DNA from: the human T2T-CHM13v2.0 reference genome, Homo sapiens
Strand: one strand, 5' to 3'
Assembly: GCF_009914755.1 (NCBI RefSeq)
Contig: NC_060925.1
DNA: 64,000 nt
This document shows positions 1 through 15,830 of this stretch, one piece after another. A program made the position numbers and the translations under genes. Positions within the stretch are counted from its first letter, which is position 1; each line of letters starts with the position of its first letter. The notes beneath the pieces were generated by a model, which was not told the origin of the DNA, did no database searches, and saw only the letters and a list, made by a program, of their open reading frames with translations.

Positions 1-1504
1 GCTAGAGCTATTAGAGTTTTTGCTGATTTGCTTGGCATATCTCCAGCAAAATAGTCCATTAAAATTCAAATCCTTTCCCAATAATTGAGACAATCAATTT
101 ACATTAAACAAGGCACAAATATAATTTTATGTACAATTTAAATTCTATAGAAAATAATCAGTATGCAATAAAGAGGGACACTTATTTTGATGCAAAGAGA
201 TGTTTTTCTAGTCTGCATTAAACAAATCTTTCATATTTTCAAAATAGTTCCCTCATTATCTTTGTGTAGAGGAGCTCTATTGTGTTTTATTTTGATGTAG
301 GAACAAGTGTGTGTCCATGGCTGCATGTTTGATAAGCAGTGTAACTTTCTCTCAGTGACATGTAAAGGGAAAGGTTTGAGATAGAATAAGGAAAGTATTT
401 GCTTGCTATTTAACTTGGAACAATTCATACAAAAAGGGCGAAGAAGATGCATGGGGAATTTATTGCCTTTGTACCAGTGTTAGTGAAATGGGCATTGTTT
501 GTTCATCTTCACCTGTTTATGATACACCAGGTGGTTGTTGCTCTGCCAGAGGTTGTGTGTTAGGTCCTAGGCAAATCACTCAATGGGACTTGGGAAGGTT
601 GCATAGGATGGGGGCCATGTGCACACACATAATTGTGTGCCTTAGTGCAGAAGAGTTCCTGGGAAAGTTTTAAAGCCCCAGCAGGTAACCTCGCAAGGCA
701 GCTAGACCCCACCAGTGTGCCTGAATCCTCCACAGTTCTCATTTGTAAGCTCTTAATGAGACTGGTATTGTCGGTCAGGAAATCTAGAACACTGGAGAAA
801 TATTATTAGGAAGAATATAGTAAAAATAATGACAAGATCGAAAACAAATCCTGTCAGAGCCCAAGAATAAATTTGGCTTCCGCTTGCTGTGTCTGTCTGT
901 TTCCATAATGGTCCAGAATAGAAACCGGATGTTTAAAATCTCTCTCCTTTTCACATGCTCTCCTCCCCTCCTGTCTTCCTTCCTCTTCAGTATTAGTAGA
1001 CTTACTATTTTTATTATTTTTTATTTATATTCCTAGTTTTCAATATTTGCCATTTGTGTGGATAACACATTAATTTTTAATGAAATATTTTCAGACTCTT
1101 GGAACTCTTGGAATAGCTGAATCATAAAAGAAAACTTGAAATTGATATAGACTCCAAGGCAGCACACAAACTGAAAATTACGCTTGTTTTTATTCTTCCC
1201 ACTGACAAATGACAAATGGTTATTTGAAAGGATCATGTGTACTTAGATTTAAACTTCTTATGTTTCTATATGAGCCTAGTTTGTATAATTTTTGTGGCAC
1301 AGAAGGTAATTCAGACACCATTTTAATTAATAATTAAAATGAAAGAAGCAGCAAAACAATATGTGAGGTAGTGAGCTCCAGTAATTTTCTTTTTATCTAG
1401 AAATACTTATTTTTGACAAGCCACATTGCTAGTAAAGGAATTCAAGTGTGATTTAGATTACGTCATAGGCTTAACTTTATTTTAGTTCTGTTGCGGCACT
1501 AAAG

Positions 1505-1833
1505 TTTTTTTGTTTGTTTGTTTGTTTTGTTTTTTTTTTTGGGATGGAGTCTCGCTCTGTTGCCCAGGCTGGAGTGCGGTGGTGTGATCTTGGCTCACTG
1601 CAACCTTCACCTCCCGGGTTCAAGTGAGTCTTCTACCTCAGCCCCCTGAGTAGCTGGGACTACAGGCACATGCTGCCATGCCCAGCTGATTTTTTCTATT
1701 TTAGCAGAGATGGGGTTTCACCATGTTGCCCAGGCTGGTCTCAGGCTGGTCTCAAACTCCTGAGCTCAGGCAGTCCGCCTGCCTCAGCCTCCCAAAATGC
1801 TAGGATTACAGGCGTGAGCCACTGCGCCTGGCC
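1505..1833 (-). mobile_element. Alu (S-like), with (TTTG)n tail and an internal 11-bp duplication (caggctggtct x2)
   Basis: Alu consensus in antisense, ending cgcctggcc at 1833. Confidence 0.95.
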
Positions 1834-3424
1834 AGATCTAAAGATCTGAAAGAAAGTGGCATTTGTTTCTTTGGGTAATTTATTTCCACCAATCAATAAT
1901 TGTTGTTAGTGAAATTAAAGTTAATACTGAATATTATTTAATTTTATACTGCATGGTATTCTCAGAAATGCAACTTTGTAATCCACTTTGGAACTGTAAA
2001 TTAATAAGAATAGTTTCTTCTAAAAGTTTGTTTTTTGTTATAGATAGCATGGACATTTAAGATATAACATCTTTTAGATCTTTTCTTATTCTCAAATTAT
2101 AAGGATATCAATTTCTATTTTATGTTGGCAACTTAAATCTTATTTTAATCATTTATATATGTGGTTACTTTTATATTTTCTTCTTTTAAATTAAAATTCC
2201 TAAAAAAGTCTACTTATCTCAAGTAAATTTACTTATTCTCACATTAATAACAAACATATTTTTCCAAATATTATTTTCTAATGTATTTCTAAAGACTAAT
2301 AAATTTTTAAGGAGCTCTGCCTGTCTTATATGACCCGAGTTATGTAGAATGGCATTTTATAGAATCAGAAGAGGCCTGAAAGATTATCTAGTCCAACTTC
2401 ACCTCTTGTCGTCTACTCCCACCCTCCATTCCCATCCCCATCCCCAGCACCACATTTTATAGATAAGAAAACGGAAGCCCAAAGAATACAAGTAATGACT
2501 CGAATCCGTTTTCTGACATCAGGTCTAGTGTTTTCTACTGTACCCACTCAATAACTTATATGCTTCCAGAAATAGGGAGGTGGACTAGTACTAATGATGA
2601 AAAGGAAAATATACAATGGACATAAATAATCAGATGTTTACCAGAAGCTATTTTGTCCAGTGACCTTGAGACCAGAAGTTGGATGGTTAATTGGAAGGTC
2701 AAAAAATACATGACAGGTGATGGATATGTGGGGCTGAGGCATATTTTTTGTGTGTAAGGATCACCTGATTTGGCATGCCATGTCATTTGCCCTGGATAAA
2801 CAACACCCAAAATACGTCTTTTATTGCACCCAATTTTGATTTCTCCAAACTAAGTGAGGACATAAAGACACTTGGGAAACAGCCTTCATGCAGAATTTGC
2901 TATTTTAATGGCCCTTGCCCACCAAATCTTTTACATTTATTTCAGGCACACCTAATTGGACAAACTTTTTGTGTTGGGGGGTGGAAATTCAGCTTTGTTG
3001 AATGCTTCTAAATCACTCCACTGCGTTTTCATAGAATCAGCAACTCTTTTTTTAACAATCATACTTCTGAATTCAGCAAACATGGAATTACGTTTATGTA
3101 AGCAGCACACACAGGCTTGGGAAGAAACATGGCTGACTTTAGGAAGTAGAGCACAACTGTTGGGAGCACAAGCGCCCATTTGTGCTGGTGAGTAGCAGTC
3201 ATTGGCCATAGCACTGAGTGTGCCGTGGACATCATTCATGTGTTTGACAGAGGGAAAAGGAAAGGGTTAGTTGTTGGGTGATCAGGGTAAGTGGTGCTCC
3301 ATTTAGAGAGCTTCTACTGTACTTTGGAAGGAACTACCTGAGTCAGACAAGTAAAGATGTATAACATAATAACTGGTTAAGAAGAATGTGCATTGCATTC
3401 TCCATGCACTATCTTTCCTCCTTC

Positions 3425-3711
3425 TTTTTTTAAGACAGGGTCTCACTGTCTTTCTTGCCCAGGCTAGAGTGCAGTGGCACTATCACTGCTTACTGTAGCC
3501 TCAACATCCTGGGATAAATTGATCCTTCCACCTCAGCCTCCCGAGTAGCTGGGACTACAGGCATGCACCACCATGCCGGCTAATTTTTGTATGTTTTATA
3601 GACACAAGGTCTCACTTTGTTGCCCAGGCTGGTCTCGAACTCCTGGGCTCAAGCCATCTGCCCACCTTGGCCTCCCATTGGGATTATAGGCATGAGCCAC
3701 TGCACCTGACC
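3425..3711 (-). mobile_element. AluJ-like
   Basis: agacagggtctcact...ctgggctcaagccatc J-type diagnostics; diverged. Confidence 0.9.
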
Positions 3712-4120
3712 AATTTTTTTCTTTGTGTCAGAGAAAGGCCAACTTGGAGGCAGAAGAAAGGGAACTTTATCTGTTCCCTTTCTGCTTTCTCTGTTCCTGG
3801 CTTAAGAACATCAGCCTCACCCCACCCAGAAGCTGGGCCAGTGGAGCTTTTATATACTGAGCAAACCATCCATAGCTACTTGGCAATAAAAGCATCGGCC
3901 ACTGTTCAGCCTGGAGAATATACCTCATGTACAGGTTTTCAGGTGACCTGCTGCCCAGTTGGGGCTGCTTGGGGCTGCAGCCAGGCTTTCTCGGATGGGG
4001 ACCTGATTGACTCCTTGCATAAAAGTCATGGAAGGACTACTTTCTTAGGAGACTGTATGGCTGAAAATACAAATAGCTTCAAATGGGTTTAGGAAACTCT
4101 TGGATTAAGAACCCATGCTT

Positions 4121-4399
4121 GGCCGGGCACGGTGTCTCACGCCTGTAATCCCAGCACTTTGGGAGGCTGAGGCGGGCAGATCACCTGAGTTCAGGAGTTC
4201 AAGACCAGCCTGGCCAACATGGCGAACCCCTGTCTCTACTAAAAATACAAAAATTAGCCAGGCACAGTGGCCGTGTCTGTAATCCCAGCTACTCCAGAGG
4301 CTGACAGGAGAGTCACTTGAATTCAGGAGGCAGAGGTTGCAGTGAGCCGAGATCGCGCCACGGCACTCCAGCCTGGGTGACAGAACAAGACTTCGTCTC

Positions 4400-4428
<29 letters not shown>
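4121..4428 (+). mobile_element. AluS, full length with A29 tail
   Basis: GGCCGGGC start; degenerate TSD aacccatgctt/aaaccatgcct. Confidence 0.96.
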
Positions 4429-4430
<2 letters not shown>

Positions 4431-7400
4431 ATGCCTCATTCTTAAAAGGCATTATGAATGTATTAAGTCTCATCGCTAAATGAGGAATGAACAAATCAAT
4501 AGGTAATGAACAACTATTCTCTCTCTAAATTGGGTGAATATAATCCTTCCACTTTTCCTTTTATTTTGGGGGAGGAAGGGGATCTGAGCATCCATTCTAT
4601 TTTTCTTCCTTAATTAGGTCTTAGTATCTATCAAGATGGTGATTATAGTGTGTGTGTGCCTGCGCACGCACACACACACTATCTTACATAACTGCCTGTT
4701 TACTCCTTTGCTACACTGTGACTCAAAGGGGTGGGGCAGCACTTTTGCAAATGTGTTTTACAGACAATCCGTCCTTCACAGATAGTCTTTGAAAAAAAGG
4801 TTTGCATGATATCTTAGTTTTGGAACATACTGCATAAACTATGTACTTTTTAGAGAGTCAGAATGTACATTAGGATATTAAAAGCATTGATAAGTCTTCA
4901 GAATTATTAACCATTTTTAAAATTTAAGTTATAGTTCAAATAATATAAATAAAAATATTTGTAAACATTTAAAACTTTACAAAGAAGGGTAAGGGGATAT
5001 GGTGTGAAGAGCTACAAACTTCCCTGTGGGGTGGTTCTTGGAGACATGTCACCAAACTAAGCATGTAAATGGCTTCCTGTGGCATTTCTTAGAGGAGCTA
5101 AATAGTTTCTGCGTGGCTTTGTGATCATCTTTCACCCTTCCTGTCCCAACCGTGGCTTTTATTTTGGCTTTATTTCCCTTATAGCATAGTGTGCAGCAGG
5201 ATTCCCGAGTCCTTGCTTCCTAACTCATGGGTTGGGAGAGCTGCTCATGGCTGTAGCTGCTGCAGGCACCCGCATTGCTGAACAATGGGAGGTGTCATCC
5301 ACAGGTGAAGCTTGAGGTGTGGTTCATCCAGGCTTCTGGGACCTTGTCAAGGCATAGATTTAGACAGAAACAGGTCCTCCAGGGCTTGGTTATGTCCATT
5401 ACTAAATCTGGCTGTAGCAAACAAGGAGAGTAAACATCTTTTCTTTATAGTTCATGAGCTCTGAAAAGGGATTTTCTGTTGTTCCGTTCTTCTCAGGAAT
5501 CTAGAATCAAGTGTGAATAAAAGTAGAGAGGTGGTTGGTGTTTGTTCATGTATTTATTTTATTTATAGTTCTTTCACTCTACATACATACATTCTTCAGA
5601 TATGTATTGTGTTCTAACAATGGTAACAGGGGCCTGTGGTAGGCTTTGGGGTTGAAAAGATGTGTAAGACTTAACCCTTGTCTCTCAGAATTCACAGTCC
5701 GGGTGCTCGTGCCTGAAAGACCTTTTCCTCCCCTGCCTAGAGACCTCTTATTTCCCAAGACACAGGTCAGCCATCATCTCCAGTACAGGCTTCCTTAATG
5801 CCACTCTCTGTGTTACTCAGCACTTCGTTCAGACAGCAGTTTGCTCAAATGTACAGGACATTATAATTATTCTTTGACTGTCCAACTTGTTTAGACTGTG
5901 AACTCCTTAAGGACAGAAACCATACTCTGGTCATCTTTGTATCTCTTGCCTATAGTTCAGATCCTGGCCCTTAGAAGGCATTTACTAAATGAATTTGTAG
6001 TCCTTTTTATCTTCTTTTTAAAAATCATCATATTTTATCATCCTTTTTATCTCCTAAAATTGTAGAAGGGTAAAAATGAGACAAAAGCAGAACTTGATGT
6101 GTATGTGCAACATTTAAAAAATATTTTATAACCTCTCATGTATATCTTCATGTTTGGAAAACCTACTCACTATATGTGTGTCTAATTACTATTATGAAGT
6201 AATAAAAATCTATAGTTTTATTGTATAATGATGCACATCCAGTGGACACTCAGTAAGTGTTAATCACACTATTAAATATGCTTTGATCTCATTATAACTG
6301 GAGTGGCTGCCTGGCTCTACTTAGGCTATTTAACAACTCATTGTGTTATTAGTTGATCCTTATTTTTCAAGGTTTGTAGGTCATGCTTAATGGAGCGACT
6401 TGCTAAGGTTGTTAGCAGTTACATAAATGACTCTGACTTTACAAATTTTATGATAACCATTTGGAATGAATTATATATTTTCCAAGCTTTTGGTTCCCCC
6501 AGTGGCTGATACATTAAAGAATAATTGGTAAGTTGCAAAATTTGTGACAGTTTTGTTTTTAAAAAATCAGCTAAATTTGGCTTTTTACATATTGCTAGTG
6601 ATTTCTGTATCATAGATGAAGGAGATAGCATAGACTTGAGGCTGGGAAACACGTTTCTTCTTTCACATAGCCAGGCAGAACAGCCCTTGGAAGACGATCC
6701 TTGGAAACACATTATCATTTCTTGTTCAAACCAAATATACTTAACTTCTGTATCTCTTCCACTTTAAAATCATTATTTTTGTGACCGACGTCTGGAAGTG
6801 CCCCAGTTTTTCCACATGGCCCTTAACACATAGTGTTAGTGTTGCATTTCGTAGTTCTCATTTTGAATTATGCCTCTGTGTTCACTAGCAGGGTTACCTC
6901 CTGTTAGGCCCGACTGGACCATGGAGTCCTGGGCTCCTTTTGGCCTTTTGCCTAGAGTAGGGAGGCCTCAGTGACTGCAAATGTGGCAACTCGGGCAGTC
7001 CCTTGGCCCTTTCCCCTTAGGTCCACACTCCCATCTTGGGATTCTGTCTTTTCCACTTCAATAAATGGCTCCAAGGAAGAGCTTGAAAACGTATTTGGAT
7101 CTGATTGCCAAATTTCTCACCAGAACTATTCTTTCAGGGTGGGATTTTTGAGGTTGGGTAGGGGCAGGGTTAAAAACATGAGCTTTCTCTAGAGGCCAAC
7201 ATTCCCTGATTCTAGGCAGTTAGTCAGACCTTGTTCCTATGGTAGACGTCTCTGTTTTCCAGCACTTAGAGCACTGTATTCATGGCCTTCGATGTCCTTC
7301 TCTCCTCATTAGATTGTGAGGTCTTCAATGTGAACCATGTGTTATCAATCTCTGAAGTCCCAGTGTATGGAAGTGTATTGAATTAATGAATGATTCTCTA

Positions 7401-7802
7401 GGAACTGACATTGTTTTCATTTAAAAGTTGTTAGGTAATGGTTAGGATTAATATAGGCTGATTCCATATGTGTCCTCAGTTCTTTCCACCACACCATTAG
7501 GGTTTGAACTCCCCTGGCTTCATTAGCTATTTTGCAACTCCTTTAAGCTGCTGTATAGTTTGGTTCATTTGAAACAGAAAACCAGCGAAAAATACAAAGG
7601 TGATTGAATACCTATTACATGATAGGAATTCTGCAGACCTTGGAGATATGGAAGATAAATCAATCACTGACTTCCAGGGATTCTTGTCTCGTGGGAAAGC
7701 ATGTATTCTAGCGTTGCTAGCCCCTGTTTTAGTAGAGATATGAGTGGACAGCATAGGGTATGTATAACCTGTTTATTTTTGTTTGTTTGTTTTGTTATAT
7801 AA

Positions 7803-8093
<291 letters not shown>

Positions 8094-8795
8094 TAGGATT
8101 AATATAGCATTTAATTCTAAAATGCTGCTAAAATCACTTGTTGAAAAAGAAGTGTTTATTGATATGACAAAATGTTCAAAATATATCCCCTAAGGGGAAA
8201 TAGGGTAAAAGTAGTATACATTATTTCATCTTTTGCATACACAGAAGGTATATAGTTATAGATCTATAGATGGATATGTACTGCAAATGTCACATCTTCT
8301 TCATACTCTAGCTTGTGTATCTCACACATGTAGACTCAAATTTTGCCCCATGTCAGTTTGTACATAGAGCTCAGCATCTCCTTGAGTTTCCCTAAAGATT
8401 TCATAGGCACAAATGTACTGCTGATCAGCATGGATTTTACTGAAGATATTGTAAGATGGAAAACATTCATGCCATACCTCCCTTAGAAACAACATAACAA
8501 TCTCCATTAATACTTAGTTCTCCCCTCCATAGTCCTTTCCTGGGTGCATTCCCAACTTGGAACTTTTTTTTGTCCTATCTCCCGCTTTCCTTAACCCTAT
8601 AACTTTCTAATTCTTTGCCTTCTCATATTTCTAGGAGCCAAACATTCTTCACCCCCTTCTATTATGCAGAACCATCCAGTTCTGCCACAACTCTTGTCTT
8701 AAATGGACATATTCAGAGTAGCCTGCTTCTTGAGTAAGCACACATTGTACACACATGCATACAGACACTTACGTATATATACTAAAGGAAATTTA

Positions 8796-9171
<376 letters not shown>

Positions 9172-9567
9172 TCAAAGGCCCTTTGACAACCACACAGCTG
9201 CTGAATAAAATTGTGTCCCTCTTGTTACATCTCGTTACACCTGCGTGTGCATGCTCAGGCGTTTCCATGTGTGTGCACACACAGACAGACAGTAGGCCAC
9301 ACACCAGAAAGGAATATAGTAGTGCTCTCTGGGATTACTGGTGTGCCTTCTTCCACTGCACTTTCTGGCCATTTCTAAGTTTTCTGCACTAAGCATGTGT
9401 TAGTTGTGTAAAAGGAAATGCAAACAGTAACAGGCTCAGCTGGGGTTTTTCGTCTTCCCCTTTTTGTTACCTCCCCTAGTAACCCTTGCAAACAGAGTTA
9501 GACTCCTCTATCTCTTTCTCTGTCATACCTTTTTGACTTCTCCCTACCCTTGAGATGATCTCATCTC

Positions 9568-9879
9568 TTTTTTTTTTTTTTTTTTTTTTTTTTGGGACAG
9601 TATCTGGCTCTGTTACCCAAGCTGGAGTGCAGTGGTGCAGTCACAGCTTACTGCAGCCTCGAACTCCTGGCCTGTAGGGATCCTCCTCCCTCAGCTTTTT
9701 GAGTAGCTGAGACTGTTAAGTGTGCACTATCACACCTGGCTATATATATATGTATATATTTTAGAAATGGGGTCCCACTGTGTTGCCCAGGTTGGTTTTG
9801 AACTCCTAGACTCAAGTGATCCTCCTGCCTCACCCTTCCAAAGTGCTGGGATTATAGGTGTGAACCACCGTGCCCAGCC
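9568..9879 (-). mobile_element. AluJ-like with (TA)n middle region
   Basis: Poly-T 9568-9593 followed by a diverged antisense Alu. Confidence 0.9.
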
Positions 9880-10094
9880 TGCAATGAGATTCTTACACTG
9901 AAATGCATAGATGGGCTGTGAACCTTCATAAAATTTATATAAAACTTAATGTTTACTTATTTCTTTTCTGAGAAGCAGATCCAATTATTCTGTGAGGGCT
10001 TCTGTTGTGCCAGGCAAGGTTCTAGGTCTGATCCTTTAGCAGCCTCTCAAAACGTTGAAGAACTGAGTGACTCTTCTTACTCTGTTGTTTTCCT

Positions 10095-10218
10095 TCTCTG
10101 AACTGTGAGTGCCACGAGGCAAGGACTTCATCCGTCTTGTTCATCACTGATTTCCTGCTGCCTAGAACAGTGCCTGGAACATAGTAGGCACTCAAAAAGT
10201 GTAGTGTTCTGAATGATT
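10095..10218 (+). mobile_element. L2 3'-end fragment (similar fragments near 5890-5995, 7310-7395, 19670-19780)
   Basis: actgtgag...cttgttcatcactg...cctagaacagtgcctggaacatagtaggcactcaa. Confidence 0.75.
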
Positions 10219-12021
10219 AGGCATTGTGAAGTAGAAAATACATTTATCTTATGACTCTCCTTTTCCGGAGTTGATGAGATATCATGATGTTATTGGAGGG
10301 TGCAGGAGGTGATCAACAGTATTCTAGGACTTTGGGAATTCAGACTGGGGATCACAAAATTTGGAGCAGGTTTCGCTTGGCACTCAGGTGGGCATCTGTC
10401 TCCATCCCACCGGCTGTACTCTGCAGTGGCTGGTAAATTACACTCTTCTTGGTGGGCTTGAGGCCCCAGCCCAAGACTGCAGGGTCAATGCAACATAAAA
10501 GTCCAGGTCTCCTGACTCGGAGTACAGACTATGGCAGCACTCCTGAGCTTGACTTTCCCTGGGCTTCATTTAATATGGTTCATTTTGTTTTTGAAGGTAG
10601 TTTGTGCCATAGAAACCAGACAGGGTGTTGTTTAAATAGTAGGCTGATGTCTCAATGTAACATATTGGCCCACTGAGCTCTACAAGAGTGTGAATCACAA
10701 ACCCGCCTCTGTACATTTCTGATACAGTGTGAATGTTCTGGATGTAAGAAAATCCTGTTAAGAATGATCAGGTTATCTCATTTTGCCATCAATCGTATTT
10801 TGAAATGTTCGGTTGATAGAATAACTGCTCTTCCTGGCTAAATAGATTCTCTCAACTCCAGCAAAATATTTTTAAAATCAGGTAATTCAGCCAGTAATCC
10901 AAATTTTATTTGGTTTATTTTCTTCAGACTGTATATATAATACCAGGACTGAGTGTTTAAAGTTCAGCTCAGTGTGTAGTATTCCTGTGATAATTTCAGC
11001 ACATAAAATAAGATGTTTACAAAAGCCAACCTGAGACCTATATTCTCCAGCAGTTTAGCAGCAAATTCCTACTCTGGGTATATAACAATAATTGGGATCT
11101 TTCTATTGGCTTTACATAAACTCAGATTAGTAGTAAAATCTAAGTACCATCCCATTTGGCAAACTCTTAACTTCAAGCAGTCACAAATTTGCTTCTGATT
11201 GTGCTTTTCATTCGCACCTAGCTCAGATTTTTGCCTGATGCTTTTTTAAATCCTCTAATTTACATACTGTGGTAAATTTAAAATGAGAACAGATGAATGC
11301 TGCTAAACTTTTCTATTTCACTGATGAATATGGTATTTTGCTTTAACTATCTAGCTGTTATATATTCAATGACCTTTAAAACATGAAAAAGATACTTCTT
11401 TTCATATATACCGTGCAAGATGAATTATTAGTATTGTCTTCCTTTGAAACTATGAAACTGAGACACAGAGGCCAAGCAGAGCATCTGGGAACTGATTTCC
11501 ACAGGCCTAAAATCAGAGTTTCCTCTTCCCGGGACTCATACCCCTTCAGCCAGGCAGAGAGGCCTGGTTCGCTCACGTTTGGTTATCTTGGAACTGTGGG
11601 AGGTAATGCATCCACTCGGAATGCACTTCTTTCCTTACCCCACAGCCCCCGTGCACCACAGCCTACATCACTGTACCCGTTTGGGCATGTCGGAACAAGC
11701 ACGAGTAAGGGAAGAGGTCGCCGTTTTTGAGTGGCTAATAGGAATCTGCTCCAGCTAAGCATATGTTATCTCACATATTGTGGTTAATAATAATAATAAC
11801 CGTGTTCTCCAAAGGAGCCAAAGGAGAGTTGGAGAAGTTACATTATTCAACAACTGAGATGTCTAAAGCCTGTGCTCCTGTACTATCTTCTGTTTGTCCC
11901 TGTTATCTTGTTTAGTGAGCAGCATAGCATTTTGCAAGAGTGGACCGTTCACCTGGTCAGGATTTCAGTCAGCATGACAGATGCACCCTCCACTGTGGTC
12001 GGTGTCTGGGGTAACCAGAGA

Positions 12022-12098
12022 AAACTTCCCAGATACGGTAGAAATAAACTTCCCAGATACGGTGGGAATAAGCTTCCCAGATACGGTGGAAATAAACT
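12022..12098 (+). repeat. 24-bp minisatellite, ~3.2 copies (AAACTTCCCAGATACGGTRGRAAT)
   Basis: Units at 12022, 12046 and 12070, partial unit at 12094. Confidence 0.95.
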
Positions 12099-12366
12099 GC
12101 TTGACAAAATGAATAGATCCACCATGACGTAATTTTCTAACTGTTCATTTGTTTTCAATAACCAAAAGCAATATTAATTTTGAAATTATATACACTACTT
12201 ATGATTAAAATGCTGTAATTCATAAGACAAGGAAAATCTAGGGCACATTTTAAAAGAAAAGTTTAATTTTGAAAGGAGGAAATCTATTTCAGAATGAAGA
12301 AATGAAAACTTTTGAAAGCTTTAACAAAAAATTCCTAGGGAATTTTGAAGTTTTATTTTGCCCTAA

Positions 12367-12786
<420 letters not shown>

Positions 12787-15609
12787 TGACCTAATTCAAA
12801 ATATCTTACTCCAAATCCAGCTTGATAGAAAGCCAAACTGTTGTCAGTATATCTCACTTTAAGCAAACCCAACATATTAAATCCATATTTACAAAATGGA
12901 TTAGTTAAGTAGTCATTCTTCACTTAGCAACATAATTCATTATAGTAAGTTCCCCTTGTAATGCATATAAACGTGATTTACTTTATTAGAACCCTCTGTG
13001 TGTGCCACATTTCAAGTGCAAAGTACATTTGATAATGTTACTCAACAAATTATTTTCTCATTTGTCCAAATATTTGGTTGGGCATCGCTGTGGCCCCTAA
13101 GGAAACAAACAAGTGGGTCAGAATGGCCTCTGGACCGAAGGGATGCGTGTTGCAGGAGCAAGGACTGTTGGCGTGGGCTGATCGCTGGTCTACAGGCTGT
13201 GGGAGCTCAGAGCATGGACCCAGTCAGTTCAGTCTCCATCATCCTAGTTTTCTGGATCTTCCAACTCCTTATTCATCGAATGAACCGGGAGCATGCAGAA
13301 TTTATCTTGGTGGAAAGCCTTTCTCCTCAGTTTTCTCTCCCTGTTTTGGTTTACTGAACAGGAAAGCCTGACATAATTAGGTCTGAGAAGAGTCATCGGG
13401 TTCTGCTCTCATCCTTGAGCCTGCCCTGGTTGGTAGGGAAATTCACTTATTAATTCTGTGGCTGGCTTTGGGTCATGCAGATGACCCAGGGTCACTGGGC
13501 TTTTCAGGTTATCAAAAGCTAAATGACGTGGGACACTTCTGGGGATTAGTTTAACGAAGCTGTACAAATATAGTCAGATGACAAATTTGGAGATGTAGTG
13601 GCAGAGTAAATAGTATTTTTAAAAAATGCATGCCTCTGAATGTAATAGTAAACCTGTATGAGAGGCTCTGCTTAGAGAGAAATTAGAGTGAGCTATTAGC
13701 TGTGCCTATATGTTTATTTTCATATAAATACATCAAGAAAGCTAGATTTTTTGCTTTTATTTTTATACCAATATGCCTAGGTTAAAGTGGGTCATTCCCA
13801 GCATTTAAAAAGGGGGTAGAGGGAGGGCAATTGGCTTGGTTTTGGTAAAGGGGTAGGGGATTATTTTTTATTTTATTGTATTTAGGGGGCAATCTTCCAT
13901 CTTTATCTCTTCGTTCTTGTGCTTTTCCTGGACCATGTATTCTGATCATATTTAACTTTCTATTGTAGAATTGGGATGGAAGACCTAGAGTTCAGCTTGA
14001 AAATCTTTTGGTAGATGCTATATCTTTAATAAATGTTAAATACAGGCATCACACTTTTAAAGAACATTTGTTTTTAAGGGTCTTTGTGCATTCATCTGAG
14101 GAAAAAGCAACCAAATCTGTTTTATTCAAATTCCAAATTCTAGGGGAGCAGATTGTCACAGAATATACAGTGATGAACTTCCAAAAAGGAAAATGGGCGG
14201 AAGACTCGTAGGTATTTATCACGCATGCTAGAAACATTAATGCTTTCTGAGGAATCAACAGATCTTTGATTCTCTTTTGGTTGAGTGCACCTTATTTTGT
14301 AAAAAAATAATTTATTGATTATTTCATATTTTTTTCTTTAAGGAAAAATCTTATAAATATTCATATTCAGAATAGCATGTGTCTATTCTGTTGATCCTGA
14401 AGCCATAAAAGAAGTTTCATTCTCAGTGTCATGTCAACAATGAAAATTATCACAAAACCAAAAATAATTCATGTAAATGTCCGCATTGTTTAATCATCGG
14501 TTTTAGATCCAAAGCATCATTCTTTCTGTTTAAAGTGGTCATTCAGAACCGAATATTTTAAATGACTTATAGGAGCCCTGTAGAAAATGTACAGAAAGAA
14601 TTCACCGTTTAAGTAAAAATATATTTGCTTTGCTTGGCCTGTCAGTTTCCATATTTGCAGTGGCTTCCCATTATTGACTAGCATCATGCATTGAGGATTA
14701 GGTTGTCAAATGCGGTGTATTTACTTTTGAACTTCTCTGCTGGTAACAGTCGGTGCATACGTGACATTTGTAATGCTGATGGTTGATTTCAAAGTATAGT
14801 ATCTAAGTCCAATTTTTCATGCATTTTATGAAGCTTTTGTCCTTAACACTTTGATTTAAGTCGCTCAAAATTCATTCTTAAAAGAGAGATCATTTCGATG
14901 TTTACATAATTGCAACCTCAAGCGTACTTTGCAAATTTCAGCTGGCACTCTCCAATCCCTCTGTTAAGTGGTTATCAAGGGTGGTTATTACCATTTACAA
15001 TATGAGGAAACCAGGAGACAGGGATTTTATTGACTTATACTGTGAGGCAGCATTGCTGCTAGTCTGTTAATATGTGTTTTCGTCTCTTTTCTAAACAGAT
15101 TTTAAAATTTGGCTATAATATGTTAGGCATCACTCTCTGGCAGAAATATAATTGTCAGGTGTGCTGGTATGGATAGAGGTCCTGCAGAAACCTTCAGGAC
15201 CCATCCCAAAATGACGAAGACACAAGATACAGTTCTGTCCTCATCTTGACTTTTGTGTGGGTCAGAGTGAGTTACTAATTTTAGAAGTGTTCTCGTGAAG
15301 ACATCTGACTACTCAGCACACACAATCTTAAGGTCTTTGCTGTAAGAAGCTCAACCATCCTTTAGCCTCCCTGGCCAGGGACCCTGGCCTCTGCTTTTGT
15401 GTTTCAAGAATTCTTGGTTCTGGCCCTGTCCTTGATTCCCTAATTTCCACAGTTTGACAGCACCGAATGTTGTGTTAAGCTTCTTGCTACCATGTAAAAA
15501 TTTCCTGACACCTCTTGCAATAATAATTGTTATTATATAATATATAATTATGTAAGATATAATAAATATATAATAATCGTCATTGTAATTCTCATCACTG
15601 TAGTAGCAG

Positions 15610-15830
15610 CAGCTAACTTTAGAGCGTGCTTGCTATGTACCAGCTCCTCTTCTAAGCACTTACCTTTTAAACCCACTGAATTTTCATAACCACCACATGA
15701 AGCGAGTACTAGCAATATCCCCATTTTAACAATGAGGAAACTGAGGCACAGTGAGGTTGAGTAACAGGCTGAAGGTCACACAGCTACTATGTGATAGATG
15801 CCAAACGTGAACCTGGGCAGTGTGGCTGCC
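15610..15830 (-). mobile_element. MIR
   Basis: Core ccccattttaacaatgaggaaactgaggcacagtgaggtt...aaggtcacacagcta. Confidence 0.8.

Noticed and set aside
12022-12098. CRISPR-like short repeats
   Set aside because: Head-to-tail units with no spacers, in mammalian DNA with no cas genes.
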